Part shown: in pieces, positions 29,154-38,085 of the stretch
Layout of the letters: the number at the start of each line of letters is the position of its first letter
How positions within the stretch are numbered: position 1 is the first letter of the stretch
From: Nitrospirota bacterium
GTDB taxonomy: Bacteria > Nitrospirota > UBA9217
Length of the DNA: 64,000 nucleotides
Direction: 5' to 3'
Assembly: GCA_963751455.1 (NCBI GenBank)
Contig: CAVVUN010000001.1
Span: 576,001 to 640,000, forward strand
Made by a program: the position numbers and the translations under genes
Notes under the pieces: generated by a model
Databases searched by the model: none
What the model saw: the letters and a program-made list of their open reading frames with translations, nothing else
Told to the model about the DNA's origin: nothing

Positions 29154-30149
29154 TTAAGAAATCAGCTTATGTTTTACAAGATACGCACGACCGGCATGAT
29201 CTATAGACCACATCGTTTGATAATTAACCTTGCTGCATTCTATCATGCGTCTGTCTACGAGTTCTTGCAAATGGTAAAGCACAATTTGCTCAGAAAGACC
29301 GCAATCAGACATAATTGTATAAAGAGGAATATAAGTAGAGCCACAGGCTGCGAGGTATTTAAGAATGTTTATTTGTGTCTCATCAAGATCAACTGGCTTA
29401 GGCAGTTTTTTCGATGTAGCGGGTAAAACAAGGGAATTATCTTTTGATTTATTAGAATTATTCGTCCAAATAAAATATATGTTCAGCTCTGCCTCTTTCT
29501 TGGTTGGGTTGATATGGTCAACGTAACATCGGAAAAAGAATTCGCCGTCATCAACGTGTTCGGTTTTAAAGAAGAATACAGAGTACCGATCTTCCTCGTC
29601 GTTTTCGATCTTGCTCATGTCATAGCAGTATTCGTCGAAGAGCGGCGAGGTTTCGACTTTCTTTATACGGGCGCCATGAGTGAGCATAAATCCATGACTG
29701 AATCCGACCGTAGCCACGTCAGTCATAATTTCTTCTGGCATGTGATCTGATTCATAGGGTGGAGGCATCTTTTTTCGAGAAACATCTTTGAGGGTTATTC
29801 GGAAGAATTGTTTACCGTGCTTGGTTAAAACATCATGATAGGAGTCTAATTCGAGTGATATTTTGTCGTGGTATTTCCAAGGAAAAGTGGAAGGAGTCGG
29901 TTGGTTATCGGAAATATTCGTTTTGTGTTGTCCTTTAAGATCGAGTACCCAATATGAAAGACCTAATATTAATAAGCTGGCGAGGCCAAATGTTATTCGC
30001 AGTAGGTTTTGTGGCTGTGTTTCTTTTGGCCAAGTGGATAATAATTGCAGGATACGAACTTCAAAAATTAAATAAAGAGTGGCCATTGTACCTGTTGCTA
30101 TTAAGGGTATTAGAAATCGGAGTAATTTTTTCATTGTATCTTCTCGCAT
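29154..30149 (-). CDS. Cassette protein: two N-terminal TMs, unknown core, C-terminal winged helix
   Basis: Hydrophobic N-terminus; QINILKYL...VLYHLQEL...GRAYL wHTH-like end. Confidence 0.65.
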   Translation of the reverse strand: MREDTMKKLLRFLIPLIATGTMATLYLIFEVRILQLLSTWPKETQPQNLLRITFGLASLLILGLSYWVLDLKGQHKTNISDNQPTPSTFPWKYHDKISLELDSYHDVLTKHGKQFFRITLKDVSRKKMPPPYESDHMPEEIMTDVATVGFSHGFMLTHGARIKKVETSPLFDEYCYDMSKIENDEEDRYSVFFFKTEHVDDGEFFFRCYVDHINPTKKEAELNIYFIWTNNSNKSKDNSLVLPATSKKLPKPVDLDETQINILKYLAACGSTYIPLYTIMSDCGLSEQIVLYHLQELVDRRMIECSKVNYQTMWSIDHAGRAYLVKHKLIS

Positions 30150-30161
30150 CAGGTTTATTGA

Positions 30162-30220
30162 ATCTAACGCCGACGTGAGGAACGCGGTTCTCAGCGTTTC
30201 TCTCGACGGAGTTGTTATGA
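30162..30220 (-). repeat. attC site
   Basis: TCATAAC...GTTAGAT; the upstream ORF stop TAA lies in the inverse core. Confidence 0.9.
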
Positions 30221-30634
30221 TCGTACTTTTTTTCGGGTTAACAAATCAGCAGTATAAGCACCAAAGAAAGCAAACAGTGGCGGATATGCATATGTAAAAA
30301 AGAAATTTATTTTATCAGCGATATCGGCATCAGCGGTGAACGAGGTTTTATTTGTCAGTATTCTTATCAAGGAATCAATAAGCCCCACCGATATCGGCCA
30401 TATGTGTGGGAATTTTGAATCGAAAATGAAGTAGGCTGATATGCCAATTAACAAGAAAATTAGCATTACCGGTATTTGTTCTACTAATAAATTTGTGTTA
30501 ATCCCTGCAGCGTCTGTAAAAATTCGCTTCTCTATGAAAAGCGCAAACCATGTTCGCCAAATGGCACTATGGAGTAAAAATGCTAAATAAGCTAGGCCCA
30601 GAGCCGATGTTATCTTTTTCATAGTAGTCATCAT
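30215..30634 (-). CDS. Four-TM cassette membrane protein
   Basis: Four hydrophobic helices; 18 bp downstream of the AbiV-like gene; ends in attC. Confidence 0.7.
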   Translation of the reverse strand: MMTTMKKITSALGLAYLAFLLHSAIWRTWFALFIEKRIFTDAAGINTNLLVEQIPVMLIFLLIGISAYFIFDSKFPHIWPISVGLIDSLIRILTNKTSFTADADIADKINFFFTYAYPPLFAFFGAYTADLLTRKKVRS

Positions 30635-30652
30635 GAGTACTCACGATTTGGT

Positions 30653-31234
30653 TCATTTTGGCTTTTTCAGATTGAAATACGAATTCTCGACCTTAATGAA
30701 AAAACGTTTTGCTTTAGCACGCGAAGCTGCATTAGACCAACAGTCAAATCCGTTAAACCCGAGATCACCGACTTCCTTAAATTTACGAAACACAATTGTT
30801 AGCTCCGAGTACGCCTTCCTTGAACTGAGCATCATTGGAGTGCGAATTCGGCGCTTATGATAGCCGACGTAGATAGCGTTTTGCTTAGCCCGATCCAGAA
30901 CGCCATCAGAAATATCTTTGAGCCTCTTTTTCTTGTAATTACGCATCGGATCGGATGCCCACATTTGCTTATTCTTATGATTGAAAAACATCGGACCTGA
31001 AAAAAGATGGTCTAAAAATTCTTGACCATTGACGTGACGATTAAGAGAGATATCGTCGCAAATATGATCAACCATTTCAAGTTTGCCCAGTTCCTCAAGT
31101 GATAAGATGGCAAACGCAAATGCTGACGGATAGGATCGCCTCTCGAAGAGCGAGCATGCGTCGGCGAACAGCCGGACCGCGTTGATATAAACTTGTTCTT
31201 TGAGTTTGCTTAGTGTTTTCTCTCTTGGGACCAT
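30653..31234 (-). CDS. AbiV-family (HEPN-like) abortive infection protein
   Basis: NAVRLFADA..L....YPSAFAFAILSLEELGK, H..K, KQNAIYV. Confidence 0.78.
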   Translation of the reverse strand: MVPREKTLSKLKEQVYINAVRLFADACSLFERRSYPSAFAFAILSLEELGKLEMVDHICDDISLNRHVNGQEFLDHLFSGPMFFNHKNKQMWASDPMRNYKKKRLKDISDGVLDRAKQNAIYVGYHKRRIRTPMMLSSRKAYSELTIVFRKFKEVGDLGFNGFDCWSNAASRAKAKRFFIKVENSYFNLKKPK

Positions 31235-31254
31235 AGCTATGCTCGATATTTAAA

Positions 31255-31316
31255 AAATAACACGCGGCTGAGGAGCCGGGCGGCTTTCCCGGCCTCATTC
31301 GAGCCGCATGTTATGA
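31255..31316 (-). repeat. attC site
   Basis: TCATAAC-atGCGGCTCGA...TCAGCCGCgt-GTTATTT. Confidence 0.88.
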
Positions 31317-31325
31317 CATCTCAAA

Positions 31326-32069
31326 TTAGGTGTATAGTTCATCCCAATCCTCTCCGAGAACCCATCGAAGTGCTGACAATTTACCGTTCATCATTCCCCA
31401 GTCAAAATCATCATACGGCCCGAGATTATCCTTTCCGTATTTTTCTTCGACTTTTTTGGCGGACGCTAGAGCACCTTTCCATATTTCTGAATTGACCTTC
31501 TCTTTTCCTTCCTCAATCCGTTCCCGCAATACCAAATGCCTGTTATACCAAACCTTCGTGGTGAGCTCTTCTTCGACCGCCAAAATTTCCTTTATTGTCC
31601 GTTCCGGTATTCCAACTAAATCGTACTTTCTTAAAAGGCGCCTTTTTGGTGAGGCCATCTTTTCTAAATTGGGTTTCTCCCAATACTTAATGCGAAATGG
31701 TGGCTTTCGATTTCTTTGGTAATCTTCCAAATAGTCTTTTGCTGCATTAGCAAGAAAGCTTGAAGCAATAATTAGAATTGTATGAGGTCTCTCTGCCTCG
31801 GCCCAAGCTAAGATACCTTGCAGTTTTTCAGGAGGCACGCCTTTTTCGTAGTGTTTGCACTCGACAAACCATTTTTCAAAGTGTTTGCTTTCATCTACGT
31901 CGACATGTTCGTACTCGCAAACGATGTCCCTTCCACGATCCGCTGGGCTTGTGGATAATCCTGTTCCTTTTCGCCAATCAATATTTACAAATCCAATTTC
32001 ACCGAGCAAGTCGAAACAAAAGTTTTCGAACTCAACGTCTTTTAAAATTTCAAAATGTATACTTTTCAT
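31326..32069 (-). CDS. Mrr-like PD-(D/E)xK nuclease with an extra C-terminal domain
   Basis: FENFCFDLL...DRGRD...VECKHY. Confidence 0.8.
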   Translation of the reverse strand: MKSIHFEILKDVEFENFCFDLLGEIGFVNIDWRKGTGLSTSPADRGRDIVCEYEHVDVDESKHFEKWFVECKHYEKGVPPEKLQGILAWAEAERPHTILIIASSFLANAAKDYLEDYQRNRKPPFRIKYWEKPNLEKMASPKRRLLRKYDLVGIPERTIKEILAVEEELTTKVWYNRHLVLRERIEEGKEKVNSEIWKGALASAKKVEEKYGKDNLGPYDDFDWGMMNGKLSALRWVLGEDWDELYT

Positions 32070-32252
32070 TTTTACCTACTCTTGGATTGTATCAATTTAA
32101 CAGCCATAACCGCCTATTGCCCCCATGCCCATTTGCCTTTCGTGCGAAGGCGATGAACCTTGCAAAAACAGTCAAGGGCTTGTTCGGGTCTATTATTTAA
32201 TGACTCTCCCTCTCTGATATAATGATCATATAACAAGAAGGAGGTAAGAAAA

Positions 32253-32513
32253 ATGACGAGTGATAAAGATAAAAAATTGGTGACTCCAGAGGATTTATTG
32301 CACGTTTCTGATGTGGCAACTTCTGGAATACTTGCCGTTGCATCGATTTTATCCCATATTGTTTGCATCCTTGCTGATCAATTGAGCCTCGATCGAAAAC
32401 TCCTGATTCAAGAAATTAATCGACTTTATGCGCCGACAGATAAATCCGAAGTTTATCAAACAGCTTATAATAACGCTCGTCGACTGCTCTTGGAAAGTCT
32501 TCAACAAGAATAA
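32253..32513 (+). CDS. Small helical protein, antisense to the array
   Basis: AAGGAGGT RBS; TATAAT about 35 bp upstream. Confidence 0.55.
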   Translation: MTSDKDKKLVTPEDLLHVSDVATSGILAVASILSHIVCILADQLSLDRKLLIQEINRLYAPTDKSEVYQTAYNNARRLLLESLQQE

Positions 32514-32689
32514 CGGAATCTGCTCATAGACTTTTTTGGGTAGTTCTCCCGATAACTTCTTTCTCTCCGTGCTTGCCGCCTGCATAGATCACTCGGACAA
32601 CGGTCGGCGTCAGGATTGCTTGGAGCATCACGTCGATGTCTCCGCCTCGCCGGCTCCACCTGCCTCCACATGTTTTTGCGCGCATTAAA

Positions 32690-32741
32690 ATATAACGCGA
32701 AGATGAGCCCCGTCCCGTGGGGCTCGATCTTCTGGTTGGAA
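32690..32741 (-). repeat. attC site (short, 52 bp)
   Basis: TTCCAAC-cagaa-GATCGAGC...GCTCATC-ttcgc-GTTATAT. Confidence 0.85.
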
Positions 32742-32746
32742 GCACA

Positions 32747-33358
32747 TCAAGATACAGGAGAATTTGGCGCGTCAGGTGTAGCGGGGCCGCCTACTTGTGG
32801 CAGTGACGTGGCAGCGTCGGGCTTGGTTGCTTGCCGAGGTGGTAACGCGATAGTAGCGGTTGGCAGGAATCTTTTATTTTGCAAGATTTCAAGCCAAAGT
32901 TTTCTCGTTTGGTAATTATCTTTATCTGAATCATCGTAAGCGGAGGGATAGTATGACCCGGCTTTTATTTGGACCTTATCAAAATTATATCCAAGATTTT
33001 TTGACATCTCATACAGGAGGTCAACAAGTAATTCGGCCTTCCGGGTGCCCCACATGTTTTTTGGGTATTGTTCGTCGGCCAAATGATTCGTATATAGACG
33101 AGCTGCGGCAACGACAGATGATGATGCATCGGGGGGAGCTTGGAACTCTAACTCCACAAGATTCAGAGCTTCAACGTGCATTGCTGCTAGGGGTGCAGAC
33201 CGAGTGGCCATTAGAGTTCTAAAAATATGCACCTTTCGATCACGAGAATCTTTTCTGTGTCTCAAGGCTTCGGTAATACGCACAGCGATAATTGGGCCTA
33301 CGACGACAGCGCCGATCATGATTATATCGGTAATTTTAATTGTCCAATCCCAAGACAT
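32747..33358 (-). CDS. DUF6680-like cassette protein with N-terminal TM
   Basis: GPIIAV...RKVHIFRTLMATR...HVEALNLVELEF...LL.EMS..LGY. Confidence 0.65.
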   Translation of the reverse strand: MSWDWTIKITDIIMIGAVVVGPIIAVRITEALRHRKDSRDRKVHIFRTLMATRSAPLAAMHVEALNLVELEFQAPPDASSSVVAAARLYTNHLADEQYPKNMWGTRKAELLVDLLYEMSKNLGYNFDKVQIKAGSYYPSAYDDSDKDNYQTRKLWLEILQNKRFLPTATIALPPRQATKPDAATSLPQVGGPATPDAPNSPVS

Positions 33359-33425
33359 ATGCGATTCTCCTTTTCTTTTGACTTTGTGGCCCGCTGACCC
33401 GGGAGTCGAGCGTGTGGTTGGAAAT

Positions 33426-33481
33426 TTCCAACGACGAGTTCACATGCCGCGAAGCGGTCGGCGTGGAACGACAAGTTAGAT
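33426..33481 (-). repeat. attC site
   Basis: ATCTAAC...GTTGGAA; its inverse core is complementary to the attI core GTTAGAT. Confidence 0.88.
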
Positions 33482-34739
33482 GTTTTATGGTACGTTAAAT
33501 ACTCTCGATTCGTGCAACAAGTTTGTAAATAATTTCTTCCGTTACTTTGTTTGACAATTCCGCTGGAGGTATACCAGCCTGAGAAAAGTGTATTCCTACG
33601 ATATCTTTGGGGATTCCCGGAAAAGATGTTTGATCAAGGTAAATAGGAATAACCGCCGCCTCGGGAACGCGAGGTATAAAACATTCGCGTTCAAATGTTG
33701 GCCATATTTTTTCAAGATGATGGATGTCAAGCAGGCAAGCTATAAATCTGGACTTGTCACCGAATATTTCCAGGAAGGTTTTGTGCCAAGCTTGGCCCAA
33801 GTAATTTGCTTCAAATAGCTCATCAAAGAAAACGGAGAAATCGAGTGTTTCCAATTGGTCTTTTATCAATTTTGCTAAATTTCTATTTTCTCCCGCAAAT
33901 GAAATGGCAAAATCGAAATCAAAATCACGCCCACCCGTACGGAACCCACACCGTTTTCTGAGATCCTCCCAATTCAGATGTTTGACATAATAAAATAAGG
34001 CCGGGTCTTCTATTGCAAAGTGCTTGGTGGCCGGGTTGTAATAAAAATAACGTTCGCAAATGGGCTTAGAATCAATAAGTATGGAAAGCCTTTTTTCCTT
34101 TACGTTATTGATGCTGCCGCGAACATTCGGATTAGCATTTGCAAGTTCCGTGAGATCAACTATAGAACTCTCTTGCTCGCTCACGCACTTCAACAATTTA
34201 AGGTAGGGATCATTTGTAGATCGAAATCTATTGCCGCGGCAGAATTCGGTGACAGGTTCATTGTATGCGTGATCTAACCGGTCAGTTACCTTGCGCCTCA
34301 GCGTTGGAATGTCATAATTGAGACCGACTTTCGTGTCGCAGGTTTTAGTTATGTTGTTAATAAGGCAGATCGCTTGGCAGACTAATTGGGTTAACCAATA
34401 GTCACCTTTTGTTTCTTCGTAGATTGAATCATGATTGCTGATCTTGATGTTTAGCTTATTCTCGCCCTTCAAGATTAGTTCTTTTGTGGTTTCGATTGGT
34501 GCGGGTTTTATACGGTGAATTCCACATCGTTTTGATATGTCGTGAACAAGGTGAATTAACTCGCTGCCAACTTTATTTATTCCAATAATCACAATCTTTA
34601 AACGAGAGCCCTCTTCGTAATCCTCGGCAGCGACCTTGATCAGATTCGCAATTTTTTCTTGACGGTCATTGTCGAGGCGGTGAAAGTCGTCTATCACATA
34701 GCGCCCCTGTTCTGTTCCAGCGGCAATAGATAATATTTT

Positions 34740-36128
34740 GGTAGTGTAGAAAAGGAGAGACTTTGGACATGAAGTAACAACAAATTGCCCTCCATTTTAT
34801 GGATAATAGTTTTGGACGAAACTAACCATAAAACAGGAGGGCAATATGGGTGTTACCCCACAAAGGAAAGGTATCACCATCAGTTTTGATTGTCAATTTG
34901 AAGTGCATTTGAAGGACAGCTCTCTTTCATCAATACTCGCCGCCTTTGCCGAGCTTTTGCCGCAGATTTTGACGGACTTCATTCAGAAAGTGCTTGTAGG
35001 CTTTGGCGAGCATGTGATGGCTCTTAAGAAAAAGCCTTTTGCCTGCGGGTGCGGCAATGATCGGGAATTCACATGGAAGACGCGGCACGGGAAAAAGACT
35101 AAGATTCATGCCTTTTACCAATGGGTCTGGTTACAGCAGCTCCAGGTTGTTTGCAAACGCTGTGGGAGTAAGCTCTACATCACCCGAAAGCTGCTCGGAA
35201 TGAAGCCGAAAAAGCGAATAGCGGCAGAAATTTATCGAAAGCTTGGGCTTCTGGGTTCCTTGACAACCTTTCGTGTGGCGGAGAAGATCGGCAAGATGTT
35301 CGGCTGGGCCGTGGACAAGATGACGGTCTGGAGCGCTGTCCAAAAGACGGGGTCGGAAATAGAGTTCAAGGTTGATGAAAAGGAGCTTCCCCAGGGCGAG
35401 GCTGACGGGACCGGGATCGGCATCAAGGGAATCAAGAAGCGCGGGAAGGAATTGAAGGCGTTCATACAGTACAAGAAGGGTGGCGGCGTGCGGGTGGCGG
35501 GCCTTGATATCGGGAATTATAACGGGTCCTGGGACAACCTTTTCAAGAAGAGTCTCAAGGCTCTGGGGAGCTTCACCCGTCCGTTTTCCTTAATCACCGA
35601 CGGCGACACCTCCATCCTGGATGCTCTTAAGGGGAAGGTGAAGATAATTGTTCAGCGCTGCTTGTGGCATATTCCCTATCAAGCGAAGTATGTGTTGTGG
35701 CAGGACAAAGTGAAGCGTAAGAGCGAGGACTGGTTGTATGTGATCGTGGAGCTGATGGAAATCTGCGCGATACGGCCGTTTGTAGACGACAAGCAGACGA
35801 TAGCCGCGATGATCGCTTCGAAGAAGGCCCGGCTGGATGAACTGATAAAGCGGTGCGCTGAGAGAGAATATACTCACACAGCCGCTTATCTTGAAAATGC
35901 CCGCCCGGATATGTTTACGGCGATCAAGAAGAGATTAGACGGTAAGACCACGAGCAAGGTGGAGCGACTCATGCGCACGGTCAATATGCGGGTAAACGTG
36001 AGCAAGTGGACCGAGGCCGGAGCGCTGAATGTCATGAAAGTCCGGCTGGCTTATTACTATAACGGATTTGATGCATAATGCGCGTAAAATGGGGGGCTTT
36101 TGTCAGGTCTCCACTTGACAACGCTACC
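34740..36128 (+). mobile_element. Insertion sequence, ISH6-like
   Basis: Imperfect IRs starting GGTAG; 8-bp target duplication AATATTTT (34732-34739 / 36129-36136). Confidence 0.85.
34846..36078 (+). CDS. DDE transposase (ISH6/IS256-like)
   Basis: EADGT, ITDGD, QRCLWH, VERLMR. Confidence 0.85.
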   Translation: MGVTPQRKGITISFDCQFEVHLKDSSLSSILAAFAELLPQILTDFIQKVLVGFGEHVMALKKKPFACGCGNDREFTWKTRHGKKTKIHAFYQWVWLQQLQVVCKRCGSKLYITRKLLGMKPKKRIAAEIYRKLGLLGSLTTFRVAEKIGKMFGWAVDKMTVWSAVQKTGSEIEFKVDEKELPQGEADGTGIGIKGIKKRGKELKAFIQYKKGGGVRVAGLDIGNYNGSWDNLFKKSLKALGSFTRPFSLITDGDTSILDALKGKVKIIVQRCLWHIPYQAKYVLWQDKVKRKSEDWLYVIVELMEICAIRPFVDDKQTIAAMIASKKARLDELIKRCAEREYTHTAAYLENARPDMFTAIKKRLDGKTTSKVERLMRTVNMRVNVSKWTEAGALNVMKVRLAYYYNGFDA

Positions 36129-36393
36129 AATATTTTGGGAATGTCTTTGGCTTTTCTTGCACTTAGATATACAAATGGAGCTCCAGAAATGTTTTCCTCA
36201 ATAATTCGACGAACCGTGGTTGTTTTCCCTGTGCCGGACTGTCCCTCAATAATTACGGGTTTTCCAGGGTTACGTATATCAACAAGTAACTCATTAAAAT
36301 TTGGAGGATTGACAAAAGTAAATGCGGGCACTCCTTCTGTTCGAAAGATTTCCTCAACCGGGTATATCATATTGCCTCCAATATCAATTTAAA

Positions 36394-36453
36394 ATCTAAC
36401 CAGTGTTTGAAGGGACGGAAACCGTCCCGTGATTTACGAAAAACCGGTATTAG
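36394..36453 (-). other. Putative attI site
   Basis: Core GTTAGAT (36400-36394) between Pc and the first cassette; extent approximate. Confidence 0.7.
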
Positions 36454-36575
36454 TCTTCGAGAAAATGCACATTCGATCAATAATGCGCACTTTTTTGCTG
36501 CCGTGGATGCGCCCAGTCTAATACCGGAATTCCGGTATTAGTTTGATGCATTTCTGCAACTTTTCATTAATCGCG

Positions 36576-36604
36576 AGTATATTTTATGCTTTCCGGCATG
36601 TCAA
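36576..36604 (-). promoter_or_regulatory. Cassette promoter Pc
   Basis: TTGACA-17bp-TATACT on the minus strand, pointing into the array. Confidence 0.8.
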
Positions 36605-36745
36605 GATAAAGTGTTGACTATTCAGGTTGGAATACTCGCAGCGATAATTTTCTCGAATAAGAAATCTGGATTGCCGCGTCGCTTTGCTCCTCGCAATGAC
36701 GGCATAAAAAACAGAAACATTTTTAAAATTATTTTTGTTCTGCAC

Positions 36746-36774
36746 TTGACAAGTGAACATTTGTTCACTATACT
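36746..36774 (+). promoter_or_regulatory. Integrase promoter with a palindromic LexA-type operator
   Basis: TTGACA-17-TATACT whose spacer is the palindrome AGTGAACATTTGTTCACT (GAAC-N4-GTTC). Confidence 0.78.
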
Positions 36775-36826
36775 TTTGTTACCTCGTAAGGTTGAGATTT
36801 CTTAACGTTATGGAGCGCCGGCGGCC

Positions 36827-37402
36827 ATGCAACCTGTACCTAAAGATATTTTGGCTAAATTTGACGGACTTCTGAAACAGCGGAATGTCCCGCTGTTCTC
36901 CCGAGCCGGTTACCGAAAGTGGATGCTATACTTTCTCGACTTTCGCGCCAAATATCCGCTTCCTGACGCCAAAACGGATCAAGTGAAGTTGTTCGCCGAC
37001 AAGTTGCGGTCAAAGAATCAAACCGCCGCGCAAGTTGAGCAGGCAGCGGATGCGATTTCCTTGTTTTTCGCTTTACATCGCTGGGAAAAGAATGTGTCTT
37101 CATCGGCCACCTGGCAGATTGTGTCCCCGGCAAATGTGCCTCGGATAAAATACGATCGAGCTCCGGAAGCGGAATTGAAAAAGGAATTCAGCATGGTGTG
37201 CGAACCCCCGGCCTCTTCCATGCCGTACGCACCGCGGCTCAGAAGCGGTAAGCAATACGACGAATGGCGCTGTCTTCGAAAGACCGCGTCTTCGGCATGG
37301 GACAAGGTAATAGCGCTGCTCGCTGACGAGATCAAGATTCGGAGTTCAAAGTTCTTGATTCAAGAGGAAACTTTGCATATCTCCTGCCGGCTCTTTCCCT
37401 AA
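36827..37402 (+). pseudogene. intI: Truncated integron integrase (N-terminal SAM-like domain only)
   Basis: YRKW..YFLDF...QVEQAADAISLFF...WDKVIALLADEIKIR, then similarity is lost; no RHRHY catalytic residues; divergent from the attC array. Confidence 0.72.
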
Positions 37403-37427
37403 TAACAGAATGGTGCAGAAATAATCC

Positions 37428-37456
37428 TTGACTCTTTACTACTTTTTATATATATA
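37428..37456 (+). promoter_or_regulatory. Sigma70 promoter of the PadR operon
   Basis: TTGACT-17-TATATA in an AT-rich tract, then a GGAGG RBS. Confidence 0.55.
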
Positions 37457-37480
37457 CTTTTATATATTTGGAGGGTATCT

Positions 37481-38023
37481 ATGTCTGTGAAGTACGCCAT
37501 GCTCGGCATCCTTGCGGAAAAGGACCTGCACGGGTATGAACTCAAAAGCAGCTTTGACGAAAAGGTCGGTGAGTTCTGGAGCCTGAACTACGGGCAGATA
37601 TACACTACCCTCGACCGGCTGGAGAAGGAAGATCTCGTCACCTATGACCGGCAGACACAGGACAGGCGGCCGGACAGAAAGATCTACAGCATCACCCGGA
37701 AAGGCAGGAAGGAGCTTGACGAATGGCTTGCCACACCGGTCAACCGCGTGCGCGCCCTGAGGGACGAATTCTTCATTAAACTCGTGTTCATGGACAAGAA
37801 CAATCCCGCGCCTGTCCTTGATCTGATCGAAAAGCAGAAGACCCTCTATCTCAAACAAATGAACCGGCTCACTCACCAGAAAGTCGAATTAAAGAAAAAA
37901 CCCAAAGCCCCTGATGCGCTTACCACTGAACTGCTGATGGATGCCGGACTCTTTCACGCGGAAGCAGACATCAAGTGGCTGACGTTGTGCGAAGCGAAGA
38001 TCAAAGCAGCGATCAAAAAATAA
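37481..38023 (+). CDS. PadR family regulator
   Basis: HGYELK, GQIYTTLDRLE, RKIYSIT..G. Confidence 0.92.
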   Translation: MSVKYAMLGILAEKDLHGYELKSSFDEKVGEFWSLNYGQIYTTLDRLEKEDLVTYDRQTQDRRPDRKIYSITRKGRKELDEWLATPVNRVRALRDEFFIKLVFMDKNNPAPVLDLIEKQKTLYLKQMNRLTHQKVELKKKPKAPDALTTELLMDAGLFHAEADIKWLTLCEAKIKAAIKK

Positions 38024-38085
38024 AAACGGTTTAAGCCGCTTAAACGGTTTGAACAGTTTAAACTGTAAAACCCACGAGGTGAATT

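Larger units (their letters stand above)
33495..36370 (-). pseudogene. P-loop NTPase-TIR protein (first cassette), interrupted by IS
   Basis: GQSGTGKT (5' part), VIDDFH Walker B, C-terminal TIR AISFAGENR...WPTFE; removing the IS and one target duplication restores a 492-aa frame. Confidence 0.88.

Noticed and set aside
32520-32690. Group IIC-attC intron remnant
   Set aside because: No convincing GUGYG 5' end, domain V or reverse transcriptase ORF seen
27180-33481. Recurring GC-rich palindromes as a CRISPR array
   Set aside because: Spacing is gene-sized, the repeats vary and carry RYYYAAC/GTTRRRY-like ends, and there are no cas genes; these are attC sites
38025-38062. Short 9-bp-period AAACGGTTT-like repeat (also TTGCGGA repeats at ~24104-24132)
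   Set aside because: Too short and degenerate to assign; probably remnants of common intergenic repeats
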